A DNA stretch of 64,000 nucleotides from an uncultured Planctomycetota bacterium (GCA_963849325.1 CAWKHF010000007.1:544001-608000); one strand, 5' to 3'. Shown: positions 32,091 to 43,669, counted from the first letter of the stretch. The notes: generated from the letters alone by a model not told the origin. Numbers and translations are program-made.

Positions 32091-33568
32091 GTGACCAACG
32101 CCGTACTAACGCCGGAAAAAACCCGGCGCGAAGCCATCGAGACGGACATCCCCGCTCGGCTGGACCGTCTGCCCTGGAGTCGCTTTCACTGGCTGCTGGT
32201 GATCGCCCTGGGCGTCACCTGGATCCTCGACGGCCTGGAAGTCACGGTCGTCGGCTCCATCGGCCCGAGCTTGAAAGAAGCTCAGACGTTGAACCTGAGC
32301 GACCGAGAGGTCGGCCTGGCGGGCACGCTCTACCTCGCCGGGGCCATCGGCGGCGCCCTAGTGTTTGGCCATCTGACCGATCGGCTGGGACGGAAGCGCC
32401 TGTTCACGATCACGCTGGGCGTCTATCTGGCCGGGGCCGTGCTCACCGCCCTGTCCTGGGAATTCTGGAGCTTCGCTCTCTTTCGCGCCCTGACGGGCAT
32501 GGCCATCGGCGGCGAATATTCCGCCATCAATTCCGCCATCGACGAGCTGATCCCTGCACGGGTCCGTGGACGGGTCGATCTGATCGTCAACGGCACCTTC
32601 TGGCTCGGCGCGGCGGCGGGGCGCTGGCCAGCCTGGTCCTGGTCAATCCTCATGTCGTCCCTGTGTGGCTGGGTTGGCGTTTGGCCTTCGGCATCGGCGG
32701 GCTGGTTGGCCTGGTGATGATCTTCGCCCGTCAATACGTCCCGGAAAGTCCGCGCTGGCTGCTGACGCACGGACAGGCCGAAGAAGCCGAGCGGATCATG
32801 GACCAGATCGAGATCATGGCGGTCGGTTCGGACGGCCGCGCCGCCCTGCCGCCGACCCAGCAGCGCTTCACCTTCCGCCCGGTATCCGTCGGCTTCGGCA
32901 CCATTCTGCACACCCTGCTCGTCCGCTACCGCAGCCGGGCGATCCTCGGCCTCGTCCTCATCTCCTCCCAGGCGTTTCTCTACAACGGCATCGTCTTCAC
33001 CTATCCGCTGGTGCTCGAAAAGTTCTTCCACGTGCCGGCCCACCAGGCTCCCGGTTATGCCCTGCTGTTCGCCGCCGGCAATTTCTTCGGGCCGCTCCTG
33101 TTGGGTTCCCTCTTCGATTCGGTCGGGCGCCGGATCATGATTAGTGCCACCTACGCGCTGTCGGGAATCCTTATTATCGGCATTCAAATCATGTTCCTGG
33201 CTGGCTGGCTGACGGCCGACACGCAAACGCTCTTGTGGGCGTGTGCCTGTTTCTTCGCCTCGGCGGCGGCCAGTGCGGGGTATCTCACGGTCAGCGAGGT
33301 CTTCCCGCTGGAGATGCGAGCCTTGGCCATCGCCCTGTTCTACGTCCTGGGCACGGCGGTGGGCGGCTTGCTGGCCCCAACGCTGTTCGGCAACTTGATC
33401 GAGACGGGGCGGCCGGGCGCCATCGCCATCGGCTACCTGATCGGCGCCGGTCTGATGATCGCGGCGGCCCTGACCGAGTGGGTGCTGGGAGTGGCGACCG
33501 AGCGGAAATCGCTCGAAGACATCGCCGTTCCGCTCACCTTCGAGGAACCGTCCGGGCAATCGGCGTGA
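32091..33568 (+). CDS. MFS transporter, sugar porter-like (indel near 32620)
   Basis: [40 protein letters not shown]. Confidence 0.88.
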
Positions 33569-35223
33569 GGGGCGGCGACGCCCGGCCCTTCGTTCTTCTC
33601 GAAGCGGCGAGCGAGGACGTGCAAATCGCAGCAAAAGAGATAGACCCGCTCCTGGTCCGGTCCCGGCACGCGCGTCCGGAAGCAGGTACGCCGAATGGCG
33701 TAGGATGCCTTTGGCTCGCCCAGCACGCAGGTCATTTCTCCGGTGTTAGGAGGCGGAGGTTCCGGGCCGAGCGGCACCAGTTCCAACGTCTGGCCCACCA
33801 ACCACAGCCGACCCTCCGCTCGCTCCAGACAGGTCCAATCGATCTGGGCGGGAGAGCACATTTGCTCCGCGAAGGGAAGGAGATGCCAGCGCAGACAATC
33901 GAGGGTGCAGCGCGGAGATTGCCGCAAAACGACCTGGTCCTCCGCACGGAGTTCCCGGCGCAGATGCCGGGCGATGTCCCGCGCCCAAGTCGCTTCCTTG
34001 TCGTGATACGGCCGAAGGCTGTCGCCCACGAGCCCGGCGAGTGCGAGGAAAACGAGCGTGCCGGCCACGAGGGCCGCCCCGCACCGGCGCGCGGTCGGAA
34101 TGGCCGTCAGCCTCTCGATCAAGTCCGTGAGGCCCGACCCCAGAAGCAGACACAGACCGGGCACGAGATGCTGCTCTAACCGTTGGTCTCCCGCGTAGGG
34201 GTAGCGGCGCAGGGCCGCGGCCACGAAGTTCAACGCGAACGGAATCAGGCACAGCCCCAGCAGATCGCGTCGCCCTTGCCGATACAGGGCGCGAGCACCG
34301 AGGACGGCCAGTATCAGTCCCAGCAGGCCGCCGCCGTTGCACTCCACCGGGTAAGAGAGCAGGTGGCCGACGTGGCAGCGGACCACCCAGCCCAGGGCGG
34401 ACAGCGGCTCGCGGGGAAGGAACGCCCCTTTCCAGAACAGGGCCATGTACGGCTTGACAGCGGGCGTCTCGGGGTCGTGGACTTGCCGCCCCACCAACAG
34501 CAAGTGCGCCACGAAGGCCGCGCCGCACAAGACGTTGAAGGCGACGAACCAACGGCGACCGGCTGCTCCGCCCTGCCTCCACACCGTCGGCAACAGCACC
34601 AGACTGACCGCCCCGGCGACGAATACCACCGGATAGGACGCGGCCACGGCGAACGGGATGACCAGGGCCAGCGCGACCAGACACGCCTGGCGATCCGGCG
34701 CACGCAGATAGCGGATGGCCAGAGTCAGGAGCAGCGCGGCGCAGAGCAGGTCGAGGCTATACGGCTTGACGGTCGCCGCCAGGTGGATCGGCGACTGGGC
34801 CACGGCCAGGCACCCCACGGCCAGCGCTGCCGGAAGGGGAGACAGACACCGCCGCGATAGATGCCAAAACAGCATCAACCCCGTCACGCCGGCCAGCAAC
34901 GGCACCAGTCGCAGCAGCGCCGCCGAGCTGCCCAGGTACTGGCAGACCGCTTTCTCCATCCAGAGAAAAAGCAACGGAGCAACCTGGTAGTTATCCAACT
35001 CGCCGAGCAGGCCACGGAAATCGCGGGCGACGAGGTTGAGCGCCAGCGACGCCTCATCGCGCCAGATCGGAAACGACAGCAAGTAAACGTACAGTCGGCA
35101 GGCGATGCCCAGCGCGAATAATCCCAGCCCCAGCCGAAACGCCCAGACGCCCTCCTCCGCGCTACCGGAGAGGGTCTCTCCCTGGACTCCGCCTCGTTTC
35201 CGGCTGGCGAACCATGCCTCCAT
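33433..35223 (-). CDS. Polytopic membrane glycosyltransferase (GT-C/ArnT-PMT-like)
   Basis: IWRDEASLALN; QVAPLLFL; LRLVPLLAG; VKPYSLD; many TM segments. Confidence 0.75.
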   Translation of the reverse strand: MEAWFASRKRGGVQGETLSGSAEEGVWAFRLGLGLFALGIACRLYVYLLSFPIWRDEASLALNLVARDFRGLLGELDNYQVAPLLFLWMEKAVCQYLGSSAALLRLVPLLAGVTGLMLFWHLSRRCLSPLPAALAVGCLAVAQSPIHLAATVKPYSLDLLCAALLLTLAIRYLRAPDRQACLVALALVIPFAVAASYPVVFVAGAVSLVLLPTVWRQGGAAGRRWFVAFNVLCGAAFVAHLLLVGRQVHDPETPAVKPYMALFWKGAFLPREPLSALGWVVRCHVGHLLSYPVECNGGGLLGLILAVLGARALYRQGRRDLLGLCLIPFALNFVAAALRRYPYAGDQRLEQHLVPGLCLLLGSGLTDLIERLTAIPTARRCGAALVAGTLVFLALAGLVGDSLRPYHDKEATWARDIARHLRRELRAEDQVVLRQSPRCTLDCLRWHLLPFAEQMCSPAQIDWTCLERAEGRLWLVGQTLELVPLGPEPPPPNTGEMTCVLGEPKASYAIRRTCFRTRVPGPDQERVYLFCCDLHVLARRFEKNEGPGVAAPHADCPDGSSKVSGTAMSSSDFRSVATPSTHSVRAAAIIRPAPIR

Positions 35224-35252
35224 GCGGTTTTCCTTCGAGGAAGTGGATCCAA

Positions 35253-35380
35253 CCGAGCCGCGACCGTCAGGGAGCAGGAAATGCCCCCGCTCCCTGACGG
35301 TCGCGGCTCGGACAGCGGACCCAACCGAGCCGCGACCGTCAGGGAGCGGTGCTTTCTCCGCTCCCTGACGGTCGCGGCTC
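35253..35380. repeat. Two tandem REP doublets (GAGCCGCGACCGTCAGGGAGC type)
   Basis: Two inverted pairs; same unit at 56707-56756; degenerate half copies near 6755 and 58825. Confidence 0.9.
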
Positions 35381-35511
35381 TGGAAGGATGGCCAGGACCG
35401 TATTTTTCTTCGGCTGCCCATTTCCCGATGCTCCACCCTTTTTCGACGCGGACGATGGAACGCGCGGCGACGGCGCAAGATAGGGAAGCGACGGGATGTC
35501 GTTGGTTGAGG

Positions 35512-36174
35512 CTAGGGGATCTTTTCGGCTTTCTGGTAGCGCAGACGATAGATGGGTTTGCCCTGTTGGCGGAATTTTCGCTCGAAGTTCGTGAGATAAT
35601 CGAGATCGTGTGCCGGCTCGTGCGCCTGCGGCGGCGGCAGTTCGCGCAGTGCCGGCTGCGCGGCCAGCAGTTCGGCCATCACTCGTGCGTATTCCTCCAC
35701 GTCGGTGACGGCGTGTAGATGTCCGCCCGTCCGGAGGATGCGTGTACACTCGGCCACGAACTCGGCGGTGAAGACGCGGCGTTTGTGATGACGTTTCTTC
35801 CACCACGGGTCGGGGAAATAGACGTGGACCGTTTGCAGGGATGCCGGCGCCACAAATTGCGGCAAAAACAAACGCACATCGGCACAGGCGACGCGGACGT
35901 TTCGCAGACCGCGCTTGGCCAGCCGCGTCGCCGTGAACAGTTGGTATTTGCGGACGATTTCGATGCCGGCGAAGTTGACGTCCGGCCGCGCCTGCGCGGC
36001 GGTGAGGAGAAACAACCCCTTGCCGAAGCCGACTTCCAACTCGACGGGATGGTCGTTGCCGAACACCTCGCTCCAGTCCAGCGGCGCCGGCGCCGGGCCG
36101 GACGAGGCGAGCGAAGGCACGTTCAGGAGATAGGGGGCGAGTTCCTCCAGGGGCAGACGGGGACCGCGGCGCAC
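35512..36174 (-). CDS. trmB: tRNA (guanine-N7)-methyltransferase
   Basis: VELEVGFGKG; FAGIE; YFPDPWWKKRHHKRR; TD..EY; TNFERKF. Confidence 0.92.
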   Translation of the reverse strand: MRRGPRLPLEELAPYLLNVPSLASSGPAPAPLDWSEVFGNDHPVELEVGFGKGLFLLTAAQARPDVNFAGIEIVRKYQLFTATRLAKRGLRNVRVACADVRLFLPQFVAPASLQTVHVYFPDPWWKKRHHKRRVFTAEFVAECTRILRTGGHLHAVTDVEEYARVMAELLAAQPALRELPPPQAHEPAHDLDYLTNFERKFRQQGKPIYRLRYQKAEKIP

Positions 36175-36176
36175 GC

Positions 36177-36692
36177 TCAGGCCTCCTCGGCGCCGGCGGC
36201 GGCCTCGGTTGGGCGGACGAGCGGCACGCCGATGATGTCGGCGTGGAACACCATGGTCGAGCCGACGAACCCTTGCACGTTGAAAATGGTCTTCCGCGAG
36301 TGCATCTTGGTCCCCTTACACACGAGGATGAGACGATCGCCCGGCCGAACCGGTCCGCGGAAGCGCACGTTCTCCAGGCCGCCGAAGCCGAGAAAATCGC
36401 CCTGCATCAGGCCATTCGTCTTGATGTAGTACGAACAAAGCTGCGCCGCCGCCTCGCACATCAGGACGCCCGGCATGAGCGGATAACCCGGCATGTGGCC
36501 GCGAACCCAGAACTCATTCGCCGTCACGTCCTTGTAGCCGACGATCAAATTCCGGCTCGTATCGACGTACACGATGGCGGTCAACTGCTCCATCTCAAAG
36601 CGCTGCGGATTGACCCGTTCAATCTCTTCGCGCCCCGCCAGCACCCGACTGAGATCCAGCTGGGATGGATCGAAGTGTAATTCCGGAGGCAT
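36177..36692 (-). CDS. Beta-hydroxyacyl-ACP dehydratase (FabZ/FabA hotdog family)
   Basis: NPQRFEM; EFW.RGHMPGYPLMPGVLMCEAAAQ; VRFRGPVRPGD. Confidence 0.85.
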   Translation of the reverse strand: MPPELHFDPSQLDLSRVLAGREEIERVNPQRFEMEQLTAIVYVDTSRNLIVGYKDVTANEFWVRGHMPGYPLMPGVLMCEAAAQLCSYYIKTNGLMQGDFLGFGGLENVRFRGPVRPGDRLILVCKGTKMHSRKTIFNVQGFVGSTMVFHADIIGVPLVRPTEAAAGAEEA

Positions 36693-36705
36693 CGCCCACT
36701 CCTCA

Positions 36706-36795
36706 AAGTTCTGAGTTCTGAGTTCTGAGTTCTGAGTGAAAAACAATACCGCTTGTTTCTTTCACTCAGAACTCAGAACTCAGAACTCAGAACTG
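36706..36795. repeat. (GAGTTCT)4/(AGAACTC)4 heptamer hairpin element, intact
   Basis: Four heptamers per arm around the loop GAAAAACAATACCGCTTGTTTCTTTC. Confidence 0.92.
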
Positions 36796-36800
36796 CATTT

Positions 36801-37754
36801 TCAGCCGATCACGTCGGCGATCTGGCTCAATTCGGTCAATAACACATCGGGGCGGCTGGCAGGCTCTTTCAACTGGTCGGCCGTGGCTTGCAAGGAGGTT
36901 CGGTCTCCCGCGAACAGTGCCGTGCGCATGCCCAGTCGCCGAGCCGGCACCAGGTCGTGCGCGATGCTGGTGCCAACGTGCAGGACTTCGCTTGGCGAGA
37001 TCTCTTGCTGGTTGAGGGCGGTCATGGCATTGCGGAACAGCCGTTCCGACGGCTTGCGGCCCCGGATTTCATGGGAGAGGAAGACCAGATCCTTGTCCAG
37101 CACCTTGTCGAGGACGATGTCGCTATCCTGCGCGGCCAGGCCGCGCTGGATCTGCATGCGCGTGAAGCATTGGCCGTCCGCCAGCAATCCCTGCTTGAGG
37201 CGCTTCTTGACCACCAGACGCAGGGCGTCGGCGGCGCCGTCGTAGCAGGCGGTGCCCTGCAAGCTGGCGTGGAAGAAGTAAGCCACCTTGCGGCTGAACT
37301 CGTTGAGCGAGCCGAAGAAGTTGGCGTCGAATTTGTAATCCTTGTGGAAGAGCTTCTTGATGAGCGCTTCCCAGACGCGATCGGAGCCGACCTCGGGATA
37401 TTTCTCGGTGCCGCCGGGGACGGCGCGATGCTCGGTCAGCACCTGCGTGTACAGTTGCTTCATGTAGTCGGCGGGCTGGCCGGGCTTGCGCGACATCGAC
37501 GACCACATTTTGTATTCCTGGATCGTCTTGTCCAGGGCCACACCCATGACGAACGCTTGCGGATGCTCGAACCACAATTCGCCGCCGGCGAGGCGCACCA
37601 AGGTGCCGTAGACGTTCCACAAGACGGCGCGCACTTGCGGCAGGCGCACCAGATGCGGCCGGGCCTTGGGCGGGTCCGCCTCGGGAGGGACCGGCCAGAC
37701 CAGATCGTTGCGTGTGTCGAGGTAAGCCGCGTACTGTTCCAGCGTCAGGGCCAT
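36801..37754 (-). CDS. HAD-superfamily hydrolase-like protein
   Basis: AVLWNVYGTL (DxxGTL variant with Asn); RKPS..LF; VLHVG....DLVPARRLGMRT. Confidence 0.8.
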   Translation of the reverse strand: MALTLEQYAAYLDTRNDLVWPVPPEADPPKARPHLVRLPQVRAVLWNVYGTLVRLAGGELWFEHPQAFVMGVALDKTIQEYKMWSSMSRKPGQPADYMKQLYTQVLTEHRAVPGGTEKYPEVGSDRVWEALIKKLFHKDYKFDANFFGSLNEFSRKVAYFFHASLQGTACYDGAADALRLVVKKRLKQGLLADGQCFTRMQIQRGLAAQDSDIVLDKVLDKDLVFLSHEIRGRKPSERLFRNAMTALNQQEISPSEVLHVGTSIAHDLVPARRLGMRTALFAGDRTSLQATADQLKEPASRPDVLLTELSQIADVIG

Positions 37755-38042
37755 GCGATCCCCGTCTGCGCGTCCACAAATGAACTAGCAACAAGCTAAC
37801 AGGTGAGGTAGGCGCGTGCAAGGGACGCACGAGGAACGGTTCGGCGACAACGGTGCGCGGATTCTTCATCCCTTCGAGCTGTCGAGGACGGAGATGCACC
37901 TCGGCGGCATCGCTCCGGTACATGCGATCTCGGACAAGGAGGCCGGCGAGTCGGCTATGCTCCCTGAAGCCGGCGAATGCTCTTCCGGATCGGAGCGCCG
38001 CGTGCCATGATGACGGCGACTCGGACAGAGAAAGGAGAGATC

Positions 38043-38545
38043 ATGAGTGATGCGGCGTGGATGCGGCAGGCCATCGACAAGGCGCTGGAGGGCATAGCGG
38101 CCGGACAGTCGCCGTTCGGGGCCGCGATCGTTCGCTGCGGCCGATTGGTCTGCGCCGCCCACAACACCGTCTGGCGCGACACCGATCCGACGGCCCACGC
38201 CGAGATCAACGCCATCCGTCAGGCGGCGGAACAGCTCGGCACGATCGCATTACGGGGTTGTGAGATGTTCACCACCTGCGAACCGTGTCCGATGTGTCTG
38301 TCGGCCCTCCACTGGGCCAAGATGGATCGTGTGGTCTTCGGCGCCGTTATCGCCGACGCGGACGCCGCCGGTTTTTCCGAACTGAAGATGCCGGCGTCGG
38401 TCCTCGCCGCCACGGCCGGCAGTCCGCTCCGCGTCGAGGGCGGTCTGCTGGCGGTTGAGTGTCGAGAGGTGTTCCAGGCGCTGGCGGATGACGCCCGGAG
38501 CGCGAGCGTACTCAGCGCCGCCTGCCGGCGAGGGAGGACGCGATG
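38043..38545 (+). CDS. Nucleoside/guanine deaminase (CDA fold); 3' end uncertain (indel near 38480)
   Basis: PFGAAIV; DPTAHAEINAIR; CEPCPMC. Confidence 0.85.
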
Positions 38546-39097
38546 GTCCGCGACGTCACCGCACCACACCGAATCCGCCGCCTCCTCTCCGAGCAACAAC
38601 TGGCCGAGCGCGTCGAGGAACTCGCTCGGCAAATCTCGGCGGACTATGCCGGCAAACATCCGCTCCTCGTCGGCGTCCTCAAGGGCGCTTGGGTGTTCCT
38701 GGCCGACCTGGTGCGCCGCCTGACCATCCCGGTTCACTGTGACTTCGTCAAGCTGTCCAGTTACGGCGCCGGCACCACATCAACCGGCGAGGTACGGCTC
38801 CACCTCGACCTGCGCCTGCCTGTCGAGGACCAGGACGTTCTCATTGTCGAAGACATCATCGACACGGGAACCTGCGTCCTGTGGCTGCTCGATCATCTGC
38901 AGCAGAAGAAGCCGGCCAGCATCCGCGTCTGCGCTCTGCTCGACAAACCAGCCCGGCGAATAAATTCTATCCCGATTGATTATGTCGGCTTTACCATCGA
39001 CGATCATTTTGTGGTTGGCTACGGCATCGACTGGAACGAGCGGTATCGAGAATTGCCCTACGTTGGCTACGTCCTCAACGGAGGAGGAGCGCCATGA
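38543..39097 (+). CDS. hpt: Hypoxanthine phosphoribosyltransferase
   Basis: VGVLKGA..F.ADL; SSYG; VLIVEDIIDTG; LLDKP; FVVGYGID..ERYRELPY. Confidence 0.93.
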   Translation: MVRDVTAPHRIRRLLSEQQLAERVEELARQISADYAGKHPLLVGVLKGAWVFLADLVRRLTIPVHCDFVKLSSYGAGTTSTGEVRLHLDLRLPVEDQDVLIVEDIIDTGTCVLWLLDHLQQKKPASIRVCALLDKPARRINSIPIDYVGFTIDDHFVVGYGIDWNERYRELPYVGYVLNGGGAP

Positions 39098-40860
39098 CGA
39101 CCCGAACGAAGACGACAAAAGCCGGTGGCAACGCGGTGAGCCTGGAAAGGATGCAGCGGCGCATCCGGGTGGCGCAGGGCGAGGAATCCGGCGACCTCCT
39201 GCTCCTTGGCGGCCAGGTGGTCAACGTCTTCACCGGCCGAATCGATCCGGCGAACGTGGTGCTCGCCGATGGCTGGATCGCCGGCGTTGGCCCCTATGAG
39301 TGGACGGCGCGCGAGACGATCGACCTGCGCGGCCGAGCCGTGCTGCCGGGGTTGATCGATTCGCACATGCACCTGGAGAGCACGCTGCTGACGCCGGCGG
39401 AACTGGCTCGGCTGATCGTGCCGCACGGGACGACAGCTACCATCTCCGACTCTCACGAGGTCGGCAACGTCCTCGGCGTACAGGGCATTGAGCGGTTGAT
39501 TGCCGCCAGTGAGGGCTTGCCGTTCGATCTGTTTTTCGTCGCGTCGTCGTGCGTGCCGGCGGCGGCCTGGGAAGACGCGGGTGCCGTTATCGGTCCCGCG
39601 GAGGTGGCGCAGCTGCTCGACCATCCGCGCGTCCTCGGACTGGCCGAGATGATGGACGTGCCCGCGATCCTGCGCGGCGACAGTGGGGCGCTGGAGAAAG
39701 TCCGTGCGGCGCAGCTCGGCGGCCGTGTCGTCGATGGCCACGCCCCCGCGATGAGCGGACGCGATCTGATGGCCTACGTCTCCGCCGGCATCCGCTCCGA
39801 CCACGAATCCGGCACGGTTGAGGAGGCCCGCGCCAAGGCTGGCTGGGGTATGCTCGTCCAGGTCCGCGAAGGTTCGATCGCCCGCAATCTTGACGCCCTG
39901 CTGCCGCTCCTCGTCTCCGGCGAGTTGGGTGACGACTGGACGCTGGTGACCGACGATGTCCTGCCCGTGGACCTCCGCGCGCACGGTCATCTCGACGGTC
40001 TGCTACGCCGCGTGGTGGCGGTCGGCGTCCCGCCGGCCGTCGCTGTGCGCCATGCTTCGCTGACACCCGCACGTCACTACGGCCTGGCCGATCGCGGCGC
40101 CGTCGCGCCCGGCTACCGGGCCGACCTCGCCGTTGTCGAAGACCTGCGCGATTTCCGCACGCACGTCGTCATCAAGAATGGCGCGGTGGTGGCCCGTGAC
40201 GGCGCCTTCATCGGCGCTTTGCCGTCGCGTCCCATTCCCTGCGAGAACACGATCCATCTGCCGCCGCTGGACGAATCGACCTTCCAGCTGCGTCTGTCCT
40301 CCTCATCCGTCCCCGTGATTCGCATCCAGCCGGGCTTGCTGGTAACGCGCGCGGAGACGCAGCAGGTGAAGCCGATCGAGGGACGTTGGCGCTGGGAGCC
40401 GGGCCGCGACGTGCTTCTGATCGCCAGCATCGAGCGGCACAAGGCGATGGGGCGAGTCGGACTTGGCCTAGTCGCCGGCTTCGGTCTGCGCCGGCCGGGC
40501 GCCCTTGGATCGTCGGTGGCCCACGATTCCCACAATCTCCTCTGCGCCGGCACCAACCCGCGCGACCTGCTCACCTGTGCCCGCGCTCTCGCCGAGAGCG
40601 GCGGCGGTTTCGTGGTGGCGTCGGGCGGCGAGGTCCGGGCGCGGTTGCCGCTGCCCCTGGCCGGACTGCTGTCTCTGGAGAGTGCGGATACAGTGTGCCG
40701 TCAGCTCGAAGAGGTCGAACGCGCCGCCGGAGCGCTCGGCTGCGAAGTGCCCTGTCCCTTCGGCGTCCTGTCGTTCCTCGCCCTGTCGGTCATCCCGGAG
40801 CTGCGCATCACGGATCAAGGATTATGGGACGTAGTTAGGCAGCACTTTGTCAAACTGTGA
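39094..40860 (+). CDS. ade: Adenine deaminase
   Basis: PGLIDSHMHLES; SHEVGNV; GLAEMM; DGHAP; SDHE; VTDD; SVAHDSHN; LSVIPELRITD. Confidence 0.92.
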   Translation: MTTRTKTTKAGGNAVSLERMQRRIRVAQGEESGDLLLLGGQVVNVFTGRIDPANVVLADGWIAGVGPYEWTARETIDLRGRAVLPGLIDSHMHLESTLLTPAELARLIVPHGTTATISDSHEVGNVLGVQGIERLIAASEGLPFDLFFVASSCVPAAAWEDAGAVIGPAEVAQLLDHPRVLGLAEMMDVPAILRGDSGALEKVRAAQLGGRVVDGHAPAMSGRDLMAYVSAGIRSDHESGTVEEARAKAGWGMLVQVREGSIARNLDALLPLLVSGELGDDWTLVTDDVLPVDLRAHGHLDGLLRRVVAVGVPPAVAVRHASLTPARHYGLADRGAVAPGYRADLAVVEDLRDFRTHVVIKNGAVVARDGAFIGALPSRPIPCENTIHLPPLDESTFQLRLSSSSVPVIRIQPGLLVTRAETQQVKPIEGRWRWEPGRDVLLIASIERHKAMGRVGLGLVAGFGLRRPGALGSSVAHDSHNLLCAGTNPRDLLTCARALAESGGGFVVASGGEVRARLPLPLAGLLSLESADTVCRQLEEVERAAGALGCEVPCPFGVLSFLALSVIPELRITDQGLWDVVRQHFVKL

Positions 40861-40977
40861 TCGGCGGGCGCGGGGAACGACCGCTTCAAGCCGATCGCGT
40901 AACCGACCACGGATTCGACGATCCGTATGAAAGACACGAGTTCCGCGCTGCCCATCGAGCCGGCTGGCGAATCGAAC

Positions 40978-41543
40978 CTATGGTGGAGAGAATATGTCGT
41001 CAATAGCGATACGCCATCCGGGCGCGGCTGGCTCCGCTTCGGCGATATCGCCACGCCGATAGATCGCCGCTTGCGTCGGAGACGTGGGCCGATAAACCGC
41101 GATCGTTTCCGCTTGCGGATCAACGTCCCAGACGACCGACGTGCCAGCCGCGAAGTAATCGGCGCGTTTCGCCGCCATCTCCGTTTCCGCCGCGGGACCG
41201 TAATCGTTTTCGCTGCGCACCTCGACGGCGAACGTCGGCGCTCCCTCAATAAAGCGCATCCGGTTGGGCGGCCGCGCCCGACGTAATAGGAAGCATCCGG
41301 GGAGAACGATTCACGTCCCGAAGGAAGTTCGGGGATGGTGAAGCCGATGCCATCCGGGTAAGCAACCCCCTGACCCGATGCCCGAGCATAGGCTCGCAGA
41401 CTCACGGCGATTTCAAACGCCACGATGCTCGGTAGATCTCCAGAGGCCATGAAACGAACGATCCTCCCACCGATGAGTTCGGCCTTACTCTCTTCTCGAT
41501 AGAGATCGTCCAGAGTGGCCCGCGATGCGGAAATCGATGGCAT
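40978..41543 (-). CDS. Uma2/DUF820 PD-(D/E)XK endonuclease (indel near 41270)
   Basis: KAELIGG.IV; SPDASY; P.FAVEVRS; KRADYFAAGT.VVWDVDP; PGW. Confidence 0.88.
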
Positions 41544-41631
41544 GGAAGCGCACTCCTGATTGCTTCGTTCTCCTTCTTGTCCTGATGTTATCCTATCGCG
41601 CGGGGGTGCCTCCAGGTCATCGCACCATTTG

Positions 41632-43581
41632 TCACCTCGCCAGGGGCGGACTGCCCTTGAGGAACACGATACCCAGCGGCGGCACGGCCAGGGTCAATGA
41701 GTAGGGCTGACCGTGCCACGACACCGGCGCCGCCTCCACGCCGCCTCCGTTGCCGACGTCGCTACCGCCGTAGATCGCCGAATCGCTGTTGAGCAACTCC
41801 TGCCAGAATCCACCAAAGGGGACGCCTACCTGATATTCCAACCGTGGGACAGGCGTGAAGTTGCCCACCACGAGGATGCGCTCGTCGCTATGGATACCCT
41901 TGCGGACGAAGCTGATGACGCTGGCGGCGGAGTCGTTGCAGTCGATCCAGTCGAAGCCCTGCTGCCGGCAGTCTTGCTCGTGCAGGGCCGGCTCCGTGCG
42001 GTAGAGCCGATTGAGGTCGGCGACCCACTGCTGCACGCCGGCATGAAGAGGGTGCTCTACCTGGTGCCAGTCGAGACTCGTATCGTGGTTCCATTCGCGT
42101 CCTTGGCCCCATTCGTCGCCCATGAAGAGGAGCTTCTTGCCCGGCTGACCGAACAGGTAGCCGAACAGCAGCCGCAGGTTGGCGAACTGCTGCCAGCCAT
42201 CGCCGGGCATCTTGGCTAACAGCGATCCCTTGCCGTGGACTACCTCGTCATGCGATAGCGGTAGGACGTAGTTCTCCGTGAAGGCGTAGAGCATGCGGAA
42301 GAGCAACTCGTTGTGGTGGTACTGCCGGTGGATGGGGTCGTGGGCCAGGTAATGCAGCGTGTCGTGCATCCAGCCCATGTCCCACTTCAGTCCGAAGCCC
42401 AATCCGCCCAGGTGCGTCGGCCGCGATACCATCGGCCAGGCCGTCGATTCCTCGGCGATGGTCTGTACATCCGGATAATTCCGATACACTTCCTCGTTGA
42501 AACGGCGCAGGAAGGAGATGGCCGCCAGGTTCTCGTTGCCGCCGAAGACGTTGGGCACCCACTCGCCGGCCTTGCGCGAATAGTCGAGGTACAGCATCGA
42601 CGCCACGGCATCGACGCGCAGCCCATCGACATGGTAGTGATCGAGCCAGAACAGGGCGCTCGACAGCAGGAAGCTCCGAACCTCGTGCCGATCGTAGTTG
42701 AAGATCAGGCTATTCCAGTCGGGGTGATAGCCGAGCTGCGGGTTGGCGTGCTCGAAGAGGTGCGTGCCGTCGAAATAGCCCAGGCCGTGTTCGTCGGCGG
42801 GGAAGTGCGACGGCACCCAATCGAAAAGGACGCCGATGCCGCGCTGATGCAGGTAGTCGATCAGGGCCATCAGATCCTGCGGCGTGCCGTAACGGCTGGT
42901 CGGGCCGAAATAGCCGGTCGTCTGGTAGCCCCAGGAGCCGTAGAACGGATGCTCGGTCAGCGGCAGGAACTCGACGTGCGTGAAACCCATCTTCTGCACG
43001 TAATCGGCCAGGCGCGGGCCGATTTCGCGGTACGTCAACGGCCGATCGTGCTCCTCCGGCACGCGCATCCACGAGCCGAGGTGGACCTCGTAAATCGACA
43101 TCGGCGCCAGCAAACTGTTGTGATGGAGGCGCTGGGCCATCCAGGCCTGGTCCCGCCAGATGTAATCGAGGTCCCAAACGATCGAAGCGGTGCGCGGCGG
43201 CACTTCCTGGTTGAAGGCGAACGGATCGCTCTTCTCGACCTGGTAGCCGTTGTAGCGCGAGACGATGTGGTACTTGTAGGCGGTGCCGACGTGGACACCG
43301 GGAAGGAAGCCGCTCCAGATGCCGGACTGGCCACGTGGATGGAGACGGTGTTTGCCCTTGGCCCAGCCATTGAAGTCGCCCATGACGGAGACCTGCTCCG
43401 CCGCCGGAGCCCAGACGGCGAAGTGCGTCCCCGGCACCCCGCGCCGCGTGCAGGGATGGGCGCCCATCTTCCGATACAGCCGATAATGACTGCCTTCGTT
43501 GAACAGGTACAGATCCTGTTCGCTCAGGAGCGTGTCACCCTGGAGGACCAGCGACGCGGGGACGTGCAGTTTCTCGATCAT
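41632..43581 (-). CDS. glgB: 1,4-alpha-glucan branching enzyme
   Basis: [51 protein letters not shown]. Confidence 0.97.
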   Translation of the reverse strand: MIEKLHVPASLVLQGDTLLSEQDLYLFNEGSHYRLYRKMGAHPCTRRGVPGTHFAVWAPAAEQVSVMGDFNGWAKGKHRLHPRGQSGIWSGFLPGVHVGTAYKYHIVSRYNGYQVEKSDPFAFNQEVPPRTASIVWDLDYIWRDQAWMAQRLHHNSLLAPMSIYEVHLGSWMRVPEEHDRPLTYREIGPRLADYVQKMGFTHVEFLPLTEHPFYGSWGYQTTGYFGPTSRYGTPQDLMALIDYLHQRGIGVLFDWVPSHFPADEHGLGYFDGTHLFEHANPQLGYHPDWNSLIFNYDRHEVRSFLLSSALFWLDHYHVDGLRVDAVASMLYLDYSRKAGEWVPNVFGGNENLAAISFLRRFNEEVYRNYPDVQTIAEESTAWPMVSRPTHLGGLGFGLKWDMGWMHDTLHYLAHDPIHRQYHHNELLFRMLYAFTENYVLPLSHDEVVHGKGSLLAKMPGDGWQQFANLRLLFGYLFGQPGKKLLFMGDEWGQGREWNHDTSLDWHQVEHPLHAGVQQWVADLNRLYRTEPALHEQDCRQQGFDWIDCNDSAASVISFVRKGIHSDERILVVGNFTPVPRLEYQVGVPFGGFWQELLNSDSAIYGGSDVGNGGGVEAAPVSWHGQPYSLTLAVPPLGIVFLKGSPPLAR

Positions 43582-43669
43582 GGAGCGCTCTCGTGAGGCA
43601 CGACGGGAAAATCGCGCGGATCATGGTCATCAACCCTCCTCCTTTGTCGTCGCGGGATGCTCGCGCGGT

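Noticed and set aside
40978-41543. Uma2 nuclease as a defence system
   Set aside because: A solitary member of a family highly expanded in planctomycetes, with no partner genes.
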